A stretch of 64,000 nucleotides of DNA from Nitrosopumilus sp. (GCA_965214775.1 OZ243974.1:1280001-1344000), one strand, 5' to 3'; shown: positions 28,933-39,116, counted from the first letter of the stretch. Program-made: numbers and translations. The notes: generated by a model not told the origin, from the letters alone.

Positions 28933-30417
28933 AGACTTTATGCGTAATTGGAAAATCTGATCTAAAAATACAACACAACAGATCATGGTTTGCATACCTA
29001 CAACCATAAAGATCAGTAATGGTTCTCTAACGGTATGGGTTCAGATGTCGAGCTTGTCCAAACACTGCAAGAGCAAAACAAGAGTTTGGTAGAGCAAAAC
29101 GAGCATCTGAAGAGCAGGCTTGCGTTTGAGGACTCGCTGTGGCAGTCCGAAGAAAACAAGACAAAAAGAGTCGTGCGCGGCGGGACGCCTCTGCGGATGC
29201 ACGCAATCGAGGTTGCAGACGGCATAATCGGCGATCCGGTGCGCCTTTGCAACGTCACGGGATGCACAAAGGAGTCATTTGAGATCATACTGGAGCGCTT
29301 TACGGAAGAAGTCATGGACGACGAGGACAGGCCCCTGTTCTGGGAGGACGACGTAAGAGGCGGCGATGCCGGAAACCGGTGCAAGCTGTACATCAGGCAC
29401 GCGCTGCTTGCAGTACTCATGAGCATAAGGACCAAGGCAACGCAGCATCATCTGGCCGCGACATTTGACGTCGACCAGTCCACAATGTCCAGGTACCTCC
29501 GGTACGGTGCCGTGTTACTGCGCCAGCTCCTGCCTGCCTCCGAAAAGCTAACAAGCATCATCTGCAAGACCCCGGCAGGCAAGCTGGAGGAGGTGCTGAT
29601 CCCAAAAAAGACGCTCCTGATTGACGGCACCCTGACTCCGGTAGACAGGCCCGGGGACAGGACCGCAAGAAAGACCAGATACTCGGGAAGAAAAAAGCGG
29701 CACATGTTCAACACGATAATTACCTCGAACCTGGACGGCCTCATACTGCACTGCGGCAAGACTGTGGACGGAAGCGTCAACGACAAGGGCGTGATGAACG
29801 CAGGGGGCGGCCCGGACTTTGGAAGGCACACCGGATCAATGAGGAATGCAAAAAACGCAGACGATCCGGAAGAGGCGTTTGTGATTTACAGCGACCTGGG
29901 ATTTGAGGGCATTCAAAAGATGCTTCCGGGCGCCATACACAGGCAGCCCCCAAAGAAGCCCAGGGACGGGGATCTTACTGCAACGCAAAAGAGGCGCCGC
30001 AAGCAGATAAGCAGGGTCCGCGTCAGAGTGGAGCACCACATAGGGCGGCTCAAAAGATATGGCATTCTTACCATGCCGTTTGGCGGAACTGCCAAGGATC
30101 TAAACTATTTCATGCAGATAATCACGGGTCTTGAGAACCTCAAGACTATGCTGAAAAGGAAAAAACACTATGGCCAGCTGCTGCAGCAGCTGCATCTGCT
30201 GCCAGACACATGACATACGGCGGCACGGACCGCCATTCTTTCTGACTTGTCAAAGGGGCACATTGCCGTGCTGCATGGTTGCGCACGTTCTTTTGGCGCA
30301 ACTGGCTTTTACGTGCGTCATGACACGAGATGCATGCGGTAATTTGATCCGATCAGCGCATTTGCGTTTGGAAAAGCCTACGGAATTTTTAATCACGGTC
30401 GATTACGCATAAAGTCT
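28933..30417 (+). mobile_element. IS5-family (ISL2-like) element, copy 2
   Basis: Same TIRs as 3291-4825; near-identical after about 29118; no matching TSD. Confidence 0.92.
29035..30213 (+). CDS. IS5/ISL2-like DDE transposase
   Basis: Almost identical to 3392-4621 apart from the N-terminus. Confidence 0.9.
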   Translation: MGSDVELVQTLQEQNKSLVEQNEHLKSRLAFEDSLWQSEENKTKRVVRGGTPLRMHAIEVADGIIGDPVRLCNVTGCTKESFEIILERFTEEVMDDEDRPLFWEDDVRGGDAGNRCKLYIRHALLAVLMSIRTKATQHHLAATFDVDQSTMSRYLRYGAVLLRQLLPASEKLTSIICKTPAGKLEEVLIPKKTLLIDGTLTPVDRPGDRTARKTRYSGRKKRHMFNTIITSNLDGLILHCGKTVDGSVNDKGVMNAGGGPDFGRHTGSMRNAKNADDPEEAFVIYSDLGFEGIQKMLPGAIHRQPPKKPRDGDLTATQKRRRKQISRVRVRVEHHIGRLKRYGILTMPFGGTAKDLNYFMQIITGLENLKTMLKRKKHYGQLLQQLHLLPDT

Positions 30418-30725
30418 ATCATGCATATCCATACGACATCGGCAATAATAAAAGCAGCATGCCCAACTATCAATACTGGAGATGAGAAAAGATGGCCCTG
30501 CGTAATTCCTCCAACCAAAAAGCGTTCAAGAACACGTTTGCGCCCCACATAAGAAATGAGACGCTGACAGTAGTTGAACACATGATAAAAACACCCCCGC
30601 AGCGGTCATGGCGACGGATCAACCCCTTCTTTTTCATGTGCTTGGCGCACTAGTAGTTGAATGGGGTTCTCACCAATGTGCTTTGCGCACTGATGGATGA
30701 CTACAGCTTTTGGTTTGTCAAGACC

Positions 30726-30837
30726 AAGAGGAAAGAAACCGTCTGCGGTGACTCACCTCCTGCATGTCTATGCCGATAATTACGTCACCGTTAATCACGA
30801 AGAGGAAAGAAACCGTCTGCGGTGACTCACCTCCTGC
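30726..30837. repeat. Isolated repeat-spacer-repeat unit (38+36+38 bp)
   Basis: aagaggaaagaaaccgtctgcggtgactcacctcctgc at 30726-30763 and 30800-30837. Confidence 0.95.
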
Positions 30838-30880
30838 CCCGCCACCCACCTATCATCTGGGAGGATATGGCCTGACCGCA

Positions 30881-31021
30881 CTGAGATGATCCGAAATTAG
30901 AAACCGTACGAATCTTTCATGTAATTTCACAGATAATCTGTATTTTGTTGATGTTTTGAGCTGATTTACGCAAATTTATTTACAAATAATCAGAATCTGC
31001 TAATTTCAAATCAACTCTCTG
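30881..31021. mobile_element. MITE F, inverted copy
   Basis: Reverse complement aligns with 20728-20870. Confidence 0.8.
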
Positions 31022-31128
31022 GGGGCGAGATTGTGGCGGCGGCACAGTATGCCGTCTCGATGTCGGCGTTAAGGTACTCCATGACTATCTCTACCTTGTC
31101 CTGCGTACTCTATATTTTCTTGGTCATA
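31022..31128 (-). pseudogene. IS3-family OrfA HTH remnant
   Basis: MTKKI*STQDKVEIVMEYLN...LCRRHNLAP, with a stop and a frameshift. Confidence 0.5.
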
Positions 31129-31335
31129 TTTGCGATTCGACCTCCTGACTCAAAAAATATGCGGACAAAAGCATTCCTATTTTATGTGGTCCTCACCAGG
31201 TTGCATGCGAGCTTGTCATGATGGCTCTATAAGAAGAAATCTTGCAGAGTACGGATTGCCGGCCCGCCGCCGTAGGGCCGTGATGACTTTTGCGGGTTTA
31301 CATTTGCGTCTACTGAACAGTTATTTGGATGTGTT

Positions 31336-33495
31336 GTGAGAGGAAAATCATTGTCTCGTTCAAAACTAGTATCCTTTGGCAGCTTTGAATTAAGACTGAA
31401 TCATTTGCTTGTAATTTCCATACTTGCCATATCGTTCTCAACGTCCTTCCTAATTCGCTCTCAGGCCGCAGATTTTGGTTTTGAACTCTATGAATTTGAT
31501 CCATTTTTCAATTATCGTGCAACAGAATATCTCCTAGACAACGGAATTGATGCGTATTTTAACTGGAATGACGATCTAAGCTGGTATCCTTTGGGAAGAG
31601 ACGTGTCTGCAACTTCCCAAGTAATGCTACATATGACTGCCGCCTTTACATATTATCTGTTTGGAGCAAATTCATCCTTGTATGATTTTACTGTTGTTTT
31701 TCCTGTGGTGTTCGGCTCGTTGTCCTCAATTGTTATCTTTGCACTAGTTAGAGTTATTGGCGGAACAACTGCAGGTTTGATTGCCTCTCTGTTGTTTTCG
31801 CTATCCCTGCCAATTGTCATTAGAGGCCCTATTGGCTGGTTTAAATCAGAGCCCCTGGGAATATTTTTTGGCTTATTGTGCACCTATTTTTTGCTGAGTG
31901 GAATCAGTTCTAAAAACCCAAAAATTGCAGCAGGAAAAATTGCAGCAGGAGGAATTTTTGCCACCTTTGCCATATCTGCATGGGGAGGAAACCAATTCTT
32001 TATCATCCCAATAGGCGTATTTTTTCTAGCGCTGCCGTTCTTACGCGATGATCACAGGTTCTTAATCTGGAGCATTCCTTTGTTTACGATTGCAACTCTC
32101 GTATCCTCCTTTGGGTTTGAGCGTGGCATATCTTTTGATTCGCTTGGTGGAATTGTTCTTCTTACAACCACCATATTTTTGGCAATTTGCATTGTCATTC
32201 AGAAAAAAAGTTCAAAGAATAAAAGACGAAACGGTCTGCTTTTTCTATCCGCCTTTCTGATTATTGGAAGTTCGTTCCTATTGGTGTCTTTTGAGTATGA
32301 CCTGCTGCCCCTTCCAAGTCATAGATACATGAATGCCCTCAATCCCTTTTTAACTACCACTGATCCACTAGTTGACTCTATATCTGAGCATGCGACTACG
32401 ACCCTGCAACAGTCATTTCTCTTTCATTCAGTATTGATGCTGTTTGCTGGATTGGGTGTATGGCTGTTGATTCAGAACATCCAAAAGAAAGATTCCTCAT
32501 CACCTTCATTTGTTAAAAATGACATGCTCTCTTTTGCATTAATTTTGGGATTTTTTGGAGCCTATGTCAGCTCTGCGTTCATTAGATTGGAAGTCTTTGC
32601 CTCTCTTTCAATCATTGTTCTTTCATCGCTAGGAATTTCATTTTTGCTCAGAGAATTTGCCTCAAGCAACAAAGTCCAAATAAAAAAATTGATTAAATTT
32701 CCTTTTTTTGCAGGCCTGATCTTTTTGCTGATTGCACCCCTTGTTTATCCTGCAGACTCTAATGTCTTTTCTTTGTCCAAATCCCCTCCTACGATTCTTA
32801 ACGGAGGAACAGCTTATGCAATGGCCACAAATGATTGGCCTGAAGCTCTGGATTGGATTAAGAATAACACCCCAAAGGATGCAGTAATTGCTTCTTGGTG
32901 GGACTATGGATACTGGATTCAAACCTTAGGCGAGCGTGCAACCCTTGCAGATAATTCCACCTTAATCACAGAAGTAATTCAAAATATTGCACGAATCTTG
33001 CTGGGAACAAACGACGAATCCTGGAATTTATTAAATGACATGGGAGCTGACTATGTTTTAGTTTTTGTGGCTTATAACAAATTGAGCATTGGATCAACTG
33101 AACAGGAATTCTTTACTGTAACTGGTGGAGGCGACGAATCTAAAAAGCAGTGGTATATGAGAATAGCCGGCTACCCGGAATCAAAATTTGTTCATTCTGA
33201 TGGTTCAAGCGGAACTGACTATTTTTGGAATGAGACCTTGCTGGGTCAAATGTTCCCCTTTACAGTCTTGGGCTATGTCAATCCAAACGACATACAACGG
33301 CAATCATCCATATACATTCCCGGAATGATTCCCATTTATTCCAAGGATATCAAATTTCCAGAGGACGGGGATGGACCGTTAAGATTCAGATATGCCTCGC
33401 CCAGTTTCTATGATGGCAGCATCGGACCAAAAATCGGCATATTCATTTATGAGGTAAATGACGAGTATGTTCAATCGCCATCTAAGAATACTTAG
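31336..33495 (+). CDS. aglB: Oligosaccharyltransferase AglB/STT3
   Basis: EFDPFFNYR, SISEH, WWDYG; many TM helices. Confidence 0.95.
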   Translation: MRGKSLSRSKLVSFGSFELRLNHLLVISILAISFSTSFLIRSQAADFGFELYEFDPFFNYRATEYLLDNGIDAYFNWNDDLSWYPLGRDVSATSQVMLHMTAAFTYYLFGANSSLYDFTVVFPVVFGSLSSIVIFALVRVIGGTTAGLIASLLFSLSLPIVIRGPIGWFKSEPLGIFFGLLCTYFLLSGISSKNPKIAAGKIAAGGIFATFAISAWGGNQFFIIPIGVFFLALPFLRDDHRFLIWSIPLFTIATLVSSFGFERGISFDSLGGIVLLTTTIFLAICIVIQKKSSKNKRRNGLLFLSAFLIIGSSFLLVSFEYDLLPLPSHRYMNALNPFLTTTDPLVDSISEHATTTLQQSFLFHSVLMLFAGLGVWLLIQNIQKKDSSSPSFVKNDMLSFALILGFFGAYVSSAFIRLEVFASLSIIVLSSLGISFLLREFASSNKVQIKKLIKFPFFAGLIFLLIAPLVYPADSNVFSLSKSPPTILNGGTAYAMATNDWPEALDWIKNNTPKDAVIASWWDYGYWIQTLGERATLADNSTLITEVIQNIARILLGTNDESWNLLNDMGADYVLVFVAYNKLSIGSTEQEFFTVTGGGDESKKQWYMRIAGYPESKFVHSDGSSGTDYFWNETLLGQMFPFTVLGYVNPNDIQRQSSIYIPGMIPIYSKDIKFPEDGDGPLRFRYASPSFYDGSIGPKIGIFIYEVNDEYVQSPSKNT

Positions 33496-33637
33496 AAGCT
33501 AACCTGTATCTCATATATTTGTCGTCTGGAGAAAATTTTGCCGGATGTGCTGAAACAGTATCCTTTTGACATTTTCGGCATTGGCTTTTCAGCGTATACT
33601 GGTTGCAATTGGGACATTTTCTTAATTGAAATTTCAA
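33482..33637 (-). CDS. nop10: H/ACA RNP protein Nop10
   Basis: RKC..C..YTLK..C..C...T.SAHPAKFSPDDKY.RYR; TTG start after eif2a. Confidence 0.93.
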   Translation of the reverse strand: MKFQLRKCPNCNQYTLKSQCRKCQKDTVSAHPAKFSPDDKYMRYRLASKYS

Positions 33638-33638
33638 G

Positions 33639-34436
33639 CTAGTCCTCTCTTGTTTTCCTGGATTCCTCCCTAGTAAAACTAAACGTCCCCTTTTTCTTTT
33701 CAATGCTGGATTGAATTTCTGCAATTACGGGCTTTAATGATCTTTCAGCGGATTTAAAGTCTTCAGACGTTATTGAGAGTCTGTATTTTGGCGCTCCTAG
33801 GTATGTAATATCGATAGTGGGATCTTTTTTTGCCACATCCAACAATGCTTTTTTAATAATTTCCACTCCGTCAGACTTGCTGTTTGCTATCTTCATTATT
33901 CCCCTAATTTCCACTGACGGCAGTTTTATCTTTGAGCAGATCTCTTCAATTGCACTTGCCGTCTTTTTTGGAATCTTAAGATCCTTTACCGAACCGATTC
34001 CATTTCTTCCAATTTCAATGAATGCGTCATAAACAGAATCATATTTTGAATATAATCCGTCCTCGAGTTTTTCTGTGTCTGCATCACTTAATCCTGCCTT
34101 TTCTTTCAAATTTTGTAATAGCGTCCTGCCTTTCTCGAACTTTTTAGCTTCCTTGAGCTTTTGCCTTTTCTGATCATTGGAAACCTGCTTTAGAGACAAA
34201 TCAATGTCCCCCCTGCCTGGATTCACTTTTTTTACCAGGAGGACTTTTTTCTCTCCGCTCTTGACAAATTTGCTGACAGACCTAATCCAACCGGGCGCAA
34301 TCTCTGAAATATGCAAAAATCCTTGGATTTGGTCATATTCGTCCAACGTGACATATGCTCCATGATCCATTACCTTGGAGACTGTTGCAAGAACGATCTC
34401 CCCCTGTTCTGGCATATCTTGTATTTCAATAGACAT
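33639..34436 (-). CDS. eif2a: Translation initiation factor 2 alpha
   Basis: S1 domain GAYVTLDEY...HISEIA.GWIR, IDLSLK, GAPKYR. Confidence 0.96.
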   Translation of the reverse strand: MSIEIQDMPEQGEIVLATVSKVMDHGAYVTLDEYDQIQGFLHISEIAPGWIRSVSKFVKSGEKKVLLVKKVNPGRGDIDLSLKQVSNDQKRQKLKEAKKFEKGRTLLQNLKEKAGLSDADTEKLEDGLYSKYDSVYDAFIEIGRNGIGSVKDLKIPKKTASAIEEICSKIKLPSVEIRGIMKIANSKSDGVEIIKKALLDVAKKDPTIDITYLGAPKYRLSITSEDFKSAERSLKPVIAEIQSSIEKKKGTFSFTREESRKTRED

Positions 34437-34478
34437 TTCTTCTAAAACTCCCATCTGTGTAAATTAATGTTGCTGGTT

Positions 34479-34560
34479 GTACAACTTCAGGTCCTATTTA
34501 AACCGCCTAGGAATCTAGGAAGTATTTGCTTGCCAGTATAAATAAGACCTGAAGTTGTAC
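34479..34560. mobile_element. MITE G, 82 bp, IS66 derivative
   Basis: TIR gtacaacttcaggtc, the same as the IS66 at 36146-38208; sub-terminal sequence also shared. Confidence 0.9.
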
Positions 34561-34573
34561 GATTTTTTTGACA

Positions 34574-35379
34574 TTACAATATTCCACCGGCCATTTTGAA
34601 AACATCCCTGGGATGATCGCACGCAATGCCAAATCTTTCATAAATTTTTTCAGTAACAGTGGCTGATTTTCCGCCATAATAGTGATGAGGCGAGAAAAAT
34701 CCCGTATCTGCGAGGCTATCAGAACCGTATCTGACGCGTCTAAAGTTTCCTTGAATGTGACCGCTTGTGCCAAAATCAGCTCATCTGAATCGTTAGGTTT
34801 ACGCACAAATCTCTCCAACTGCCTGGCTTCTCGTACGACCTGCACTTTGTACGTGTCTACCACCTCGTCTTTCTGTTCTTTCTTCCATTCAGGCTCAGTC
34901 AGAATCGATTTTGATCTGCTTTTGGATTCTTTCTTTCGCCATTTTCCCCTTTGATATTTTTGTCGCCATTCATCGCGTAACTCACTCGACATCTGCCTGA
35001 CCTTTCGCAGATTTTTCTCAACCTCTTTGTTGTCCAGTTTCGGTTTTCTTAGCCTTCCAAGCAGACTTCTCATCTTATGATCTGACGAACTGACAATCCC
35101 CACTGCATCATCATAGAATTTTTCTTTGATGTCCTTGCTGACAAAGCTGTTTGGTACAAACACGTCCCTTACTGCTCTTGATAGTACTCTAAAGCATTCT
35201 GTTTTTACCTGCGGCATTGCATATCCTTCTACCGACTGTGGCGGATGAAACAGACTGAACAGTTGGACTGACTGATCATAAAACTGGTGTTTTACCACCA
35301 CGCCTAACTCATCCATGTTTTCCATTATGCTCGCCGCAACAAGTACATTTGTGTCCGGTATTACTTTTACATCTGACAT
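34574..35379 (-). pseudogene. PIN-domain-like nuclease with a frameshift near 34710
   Basis: IPDTNVLV, ECFRVL, DELILAQA; the expected LIAS-DTGF motif and a native-looking end (DTGFFSP...MAGGIL*) lie in the adjacent frame. Confidence 0.6.
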
Positions 35380-35390
35380 GTCTTAAAAGA

Positions 35391-35876
35391 CTATGAATCT
35401 AGTTTTTGCACTAGTGCTGTAAACTGCATCTTCAAACTGTCCTTGCCAAGCGCCTCTCTGCTTATCTCTAATGGTTCTATGAGATTGGCACGTGCAGCTT
35501 CGTTTCTCAGTGAATGTGTTTTGCTTAATACGTCATTAATGGCTTCTTTGTTAATCGTAAATTCCTGGGTTGCTTCTAGAATGCTGTCTATGTTTGGCAG
35601 TAGCAACATCGAATCTTCTGCAATTTTTGGATTATCATCAGCTTTTTGAGAATTTTTGAAACGGGATTCCATTTTTCCTAATATCAGTTCTACGTTACGG
35701 ACAGCCTGATAGAAATAGAATCCATCAGAATTTTCCATGTCTAGCCATTTACTCTTAATTGTATTTAGAAAAGTACGTAATGCCGTAAGATTGTCCAATA
35801 TGGAAAGATCCACCCTCCCTGTTTCTTCCATTCTCTCAAGTGATTCTTTAACTTCTACCAAAATCTGATTCTTCAT
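35391..35876 (-). CDS. Hypothetical helical protein upstream of the PIN gene
   Basis: 161-aa ORF, 11 bp from the PIN start. Confidence 0.65.
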   Translation of the reverse strand: MKNQILVEVKESLERMEETGRVDLSILDNLTALRTFLNTIKSKWLDMENSDGFYFYQAVRNVELILGKMESRFKNSQKADDNPKIAEDSMLLLPNIDSILEATQEFTINKEAINDVLSKTHSLRNEAARANLIEPLEISREALGKDSLKMQFTALVQKLDS

Positions 35877-35931
35877 ACTTGTTCACACACGTTCCTTGCC
35901 ATTATAATACCATATCGTCTTGTTAAAGATT

Positions 35932-36145
35932 AGACCTTATGCGTAAACGACCGGATCGAAATATTCCGACGGTGGCCGACCACACATGCAAGGCTGACGG
36001 CATCACGTAGCGTGTATAAGGGCGGCAGAGTCCGTATATCGTATATCTACGGACCGTTCCAGCTGGTAAAAACTACAATGTCGTGCGGCATCGTGTGGCG
36101 CCGCAATGCGCTCCGTGCCGTGGTATCAGAACCCACGCGTGAGCT
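35932..36145. mobile_element. End fragment of another ISL2-like element
   Basis: agaccttatgcgtaaacgaccg resembles agactttatgcgtaatcgaccg; cut by IS66. Confidence 0.5.
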
Positions 36146-38208
36146 GTACAACTTCAGGTCCTATTTAAAGCGCCTAGGGAACTTTTTGCCCGGAACTTTT
36201 TGATCCTTCCGCATCCGTTGTGACAGACCCGTTGCATCACCACACATCCTTTGTACATGCCAGGACCGGCGCCATGCAGGCAACACATTGACGAGTGGCA
36301 TCTGCAGGCAGTCAGGAGCCGTTGCACTCGATGCCGTTGACTGGCAGATTCAGTCGGATCCTTCGATATGAGGCTACGGGTTACGCCGTCCCGTAGGCGC
36401 CAGACGGATCAAAGTACCATCGGGGCTACGGGTACGACGGCCGTCTGGTTCCGGCGTACCGCCCCCTTGCCTGCACCTGCTGCAGGCGGCCACACCGGCG
36501 GCGGCCCGGGACACTCAAAGACGTTGTATCTTGTACCGTCCGGATCTACAAGCGAGGACAGGCGTGGTGCGTCATCCTTGGCCCTGACAAAGATGTCCCA
36601 CTCCGGATCCCGCAGGTACTCCAGGAGCGCCCTGGCAGGATGTATGCCCTGCTTGCGGCACGTCATCGAAAACGTCGACATCACGGAAAATGTCTCCCTT
36701 CCCCCGTCGGTCACGATCTTGTGGCGCGCATTGCGCTGTGGTATGATCCCGTCGCGTATGCACCGCTCGGTGTCGTTGTTGTGCAGCGGCATTCCCGGAT
36801 GCGCCGCAGACGTAAGCATGTACGGTATGGCGTTTAGCAGGTGCGTGCGCACGCGCTTGTCCACGTATGTGCTGATTATTTCGTAGGCCTGCCTGGAAAG
36901 CTCCATGCATGTAAGCGGTGCAAGCGTCCTGATTTCTTTTATCGTCCTGTAAAGTTCAAGCAGCAAATTATACCGTACCTCATCATCCCCGCCCATCCTG
37001 ACTGCAAGCTGCTCGGCATATGCCAGAAGGTGCCTCCAGCACCTCTGGATTATCTCAAAGTACATCTTGTACTGGGCCAGCCCGTCGACGACTATTGGAA
37101 CCCTGGGATCCAGCCATCCAAAGTATGTATGCAGGACATCCGAGGACCGGGACGGTGCAAAGACTACAAAGCACGCCCCCGTACAGTTGAGCACCCAGAC
37201 GTACCCCGTGTGCCCGTCGCCGCGCTTAAAGCCGGTCTCGTCCATCTGTATCCACGGCCGGGCAGCAATGAACGACTGTATGCGCTGTATCATGTTTTGC
37301 TGGAGCGCATTTGCCACCGCGTGCCGCGCACCTGTCACGGTATTTGGGGCCATCCTGAACCCGAACAGGACCCGAAAGTACTCTGCAATGTCCTCGTCGG
37401 TGTTTCCCTTCTCGGAGAACGTCGTGATTATGGAAAGCGAGAAGGGCCCGAGCGACGTTCCGCCCAGGAACGGGGTGGCCGCAACTACCTCGCCGTTGCA
37501 TTTGGGACACACGGCATTCTGGATGATGGCACTGGCAGCACGCATGCGCATGGAGTCGTCCAGGTCGTTTACAAGCTTGTTGAGCGGCTTGAGCATCCTC
37601 AGCTGGACGTCGCACTTTGGGCACGCCTTGGAGTCAAGATCGTACCTCAATGTCCTAGACGGCCGGTTGCGGTGCGATACGCCCCGGTGTCCGCACGGGG
37701 GGCCGCGCTTTTTGCCCCTGGCCGTGTCACCCGGACTGCCCCCCGGATCCTCGCCCCTTCGCTCCCTGAACTTCTTTCTGGCGTCATTATATAATGACGG
37801 CGTGGATGTGGGCATGTTAGGACTCTCGTACAGGGCAAGCCTTGCCTGAAGCTTGCTGTTCTCCTTTTTGGTGTCGGAGTTCTCCTTCTTGATGTCGGAG
37901 AGTTCCTTTTCCAGCCCGGAGATCTTCTCATCCCGCTCCATGATCATGACAAGTGCCTTTCCAAGATCCGTACAGCGTGCAGGCGCGGCTTTGGAGTCCA
38001 TGTGTACACCAAACAGGCAAGATCAAAAAAGATTCCCGTTGAAATTCTTTGACCCAGATGCCGATACTGGCACCCTTTCAAAAATTTCATGCCTGCAGTG
38101 ACTAGTCACAAATGCTTGATGCTCAGCCATGTCTGCAAGGGCATCTGATCATAAAATGCTGCCCAGGAAATGTCTGCCTGTCAGTATAAAAAGGACCTGA
38201 AGTTGTAC
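36146..38208 (-). mobile_element. IS66-family element (single-ORF type)
   Basis: TIR gtacaacttcaggtcct / aggacctgaagttgtac; no TSD seen. Confidence 0.9.
36409..38001 (-). CDS. IS66 TnpC transposase
   Basis: Coiled coil, CPKC...CPKC, MDETG, VDG, QRCWRHL, HNNDTERCIR. Confidence 0.92.
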   Translation of the reverse strand: MDSKAAPARCTDLGKALVMIMERDEKISGLEKELSDIKKENSDTKKENSKLQARLALYESPNMPTSTPSLYNDARKKFRERRGEDPGGSPGDTARGKKRGPPCGHRGVSHRNRPSRTLRYDLDSKACPKCDVQLRMLKPLNKLVNDLDDSMRMRAASAIIQNAVCPKCNGEVVAATPFLGGTSLGPFSLSIITTFSEKGNTDEDIAEYFRVLFGFRMAPNTVTGARHAVANALQQNMIQRIQSFIAARPWIQMDETGFKRGDGHTGYVWVLNCTGACFVVFAPSRSSDVLHTYFGWLDPRVPIVVDGLAQYKMYFEIIQRCWRHLLAYAEQLAVRMGGDDEVRYNLLLELYRTIKEIRTLAPLTCMELSRQAYEIISTYVDKRVRTHLLNAIPYMLTSAAHPGMPLHNNDTERCIRDGIIPQRNARHKIVTDGGRETFSVMSTFSMTCRKQGIHPARALLEYLRDPEWDIFVRAKDDAPRLSSLVDPDGTRYNVFECPGPPPVWPPAAGAGKGAVRRNQTAVVPVAPMVL

Positions 38209-38227
38209 CAACAAACTAGGTTAGACC

Positions 38228-38355
38228 GGGGTTGTCGCCTAATTCCGTCTACTTGACTCAATCTGCACATTTTTCTGAATTTCCGCCCCTTTGCACGCCT
38301 GATGCGCGTGGCATCTCAATGTTTTCAGGAATCTGATGAATTAGGCGACAACCCC
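38228..38355. mobile_element. MITE D
   Basis: ggggttgtcgcctaattc / gaattaggcgacaacccc; 9-bp TSD ggttagacc. Confidence 0.92.
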
Positions 38356-38365
38356 GGTTAGACCA

Positions 38366-38483
38366 GTCTTTCCGAAAGTAACCGGCTCGTGGTGGTGCAG
38401 GAGGTAACATGCGGATCTGCAGGCGGCTTGGATTGAGTTGTTTTGAGCTTGAGCCGTTCGTTTTGTGGGGAACCTGGGAAGAC
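38366..38483. mobile_element. MITE A
   Basis: gtctttccga...cctgggaagac; abuts the cobO stop. Confidence 0.7.
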
Positions 38484-39026
38484 TTAGAAATCAACCCCTT
38501 TTTTTGCCTTGATTCCCTTTTGAAACGGATGCTTGACCTCCTTCATTTCTGTGACCAAATCAGCAATTTCAATGACCTCCTCTCTGGCATAATTGCCTGT
38601 CAGTACAAGATCCACAAAATCAGGCCTGTTTTTTATCAAGTTTATGACATCCTCAACTTTAACCAAGCCCAGGTTAACTGCATAATTGATTTCGTCTAAA
38701 ATTACAATGTCATAGTTTCTTGACTGGATTTTTTCATTGCTGATTCTTATTGCCTCTCTTGCCATCTTTTCATGGTCTTCTTTGGGGCTTTTGTCATCAA
38801 CAATGCCAACAAATCCCTTTCCCACTGCGACCATCTCAAAATTTGGCTCTAGTTTTTTTGATGAATCCATCTCTCCGTAATGCCATGAGCCTTTGATGAA
38901 CTGTATCATGCAAATCCTCTTTTTGTATCCTAAAGCCCTCAATGCCAAACCCAATGCCGCCGTGGTTTTTCCTTTGCCCTTTCCGGTGTAAACAATAGTA
39001 AGGCCTTTTTCTTCCTTTACTGCCAC
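38484..39026 (-). CDS. cobO: Cob(I)yrinic acid a,c-diamide adenosyltransferase
   Basis: YTGKGKGKTTAALG, QFIKG, ILDEI, ADLVTEM..KHPF. Confidence 0.95.
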   Translation of the reverse strand: MAVKEEKGLTIVYTGKGKGKTTAALGLALRALGYKKRICMIQFIKGSWHYGEMDSSKKLEPNFEMVAVGKGFVGIVDDKSPKEDHEKMAREAIRISNEKIQSRNYDIVILDEINYAVNLGLVKVEDVINLIKNRPDFVDLVLTGNYAREEVIEIADLVTEMKEVKHPFQKGIKAKKGVDF

Positions 39027-39116
39027 AACAATCTGTCCGGCTCTCTAACTAAAAACATTGGGCATTCTCCTCCAAACACATCAATTTAAATAAAAAAATC
39101 ATGGCTATCATGCAAA

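Noticed and set aside
28552-30420. Composite transposon from MITE C to IS5 copy 2 (ATC at both outer flanks)
   Set aside because: MITE C already has ATC on both of its own sides, and a 3-bp match is weak evidence.
30636-30691. 16-bp imperfect direct repeat (atgtgcttkgcgcact) with a 24-bp gap
   Set aside because: Period 40 does not fit the 72-74 bp class, and it is too short to interpret.
36368-37931. Long antisense and alternate-frame ORFs over IS66 (also over IS630 and other IS)
   Set aside because: Shadow ORFs of GC-rich transposase genes with no recognisable motifs.
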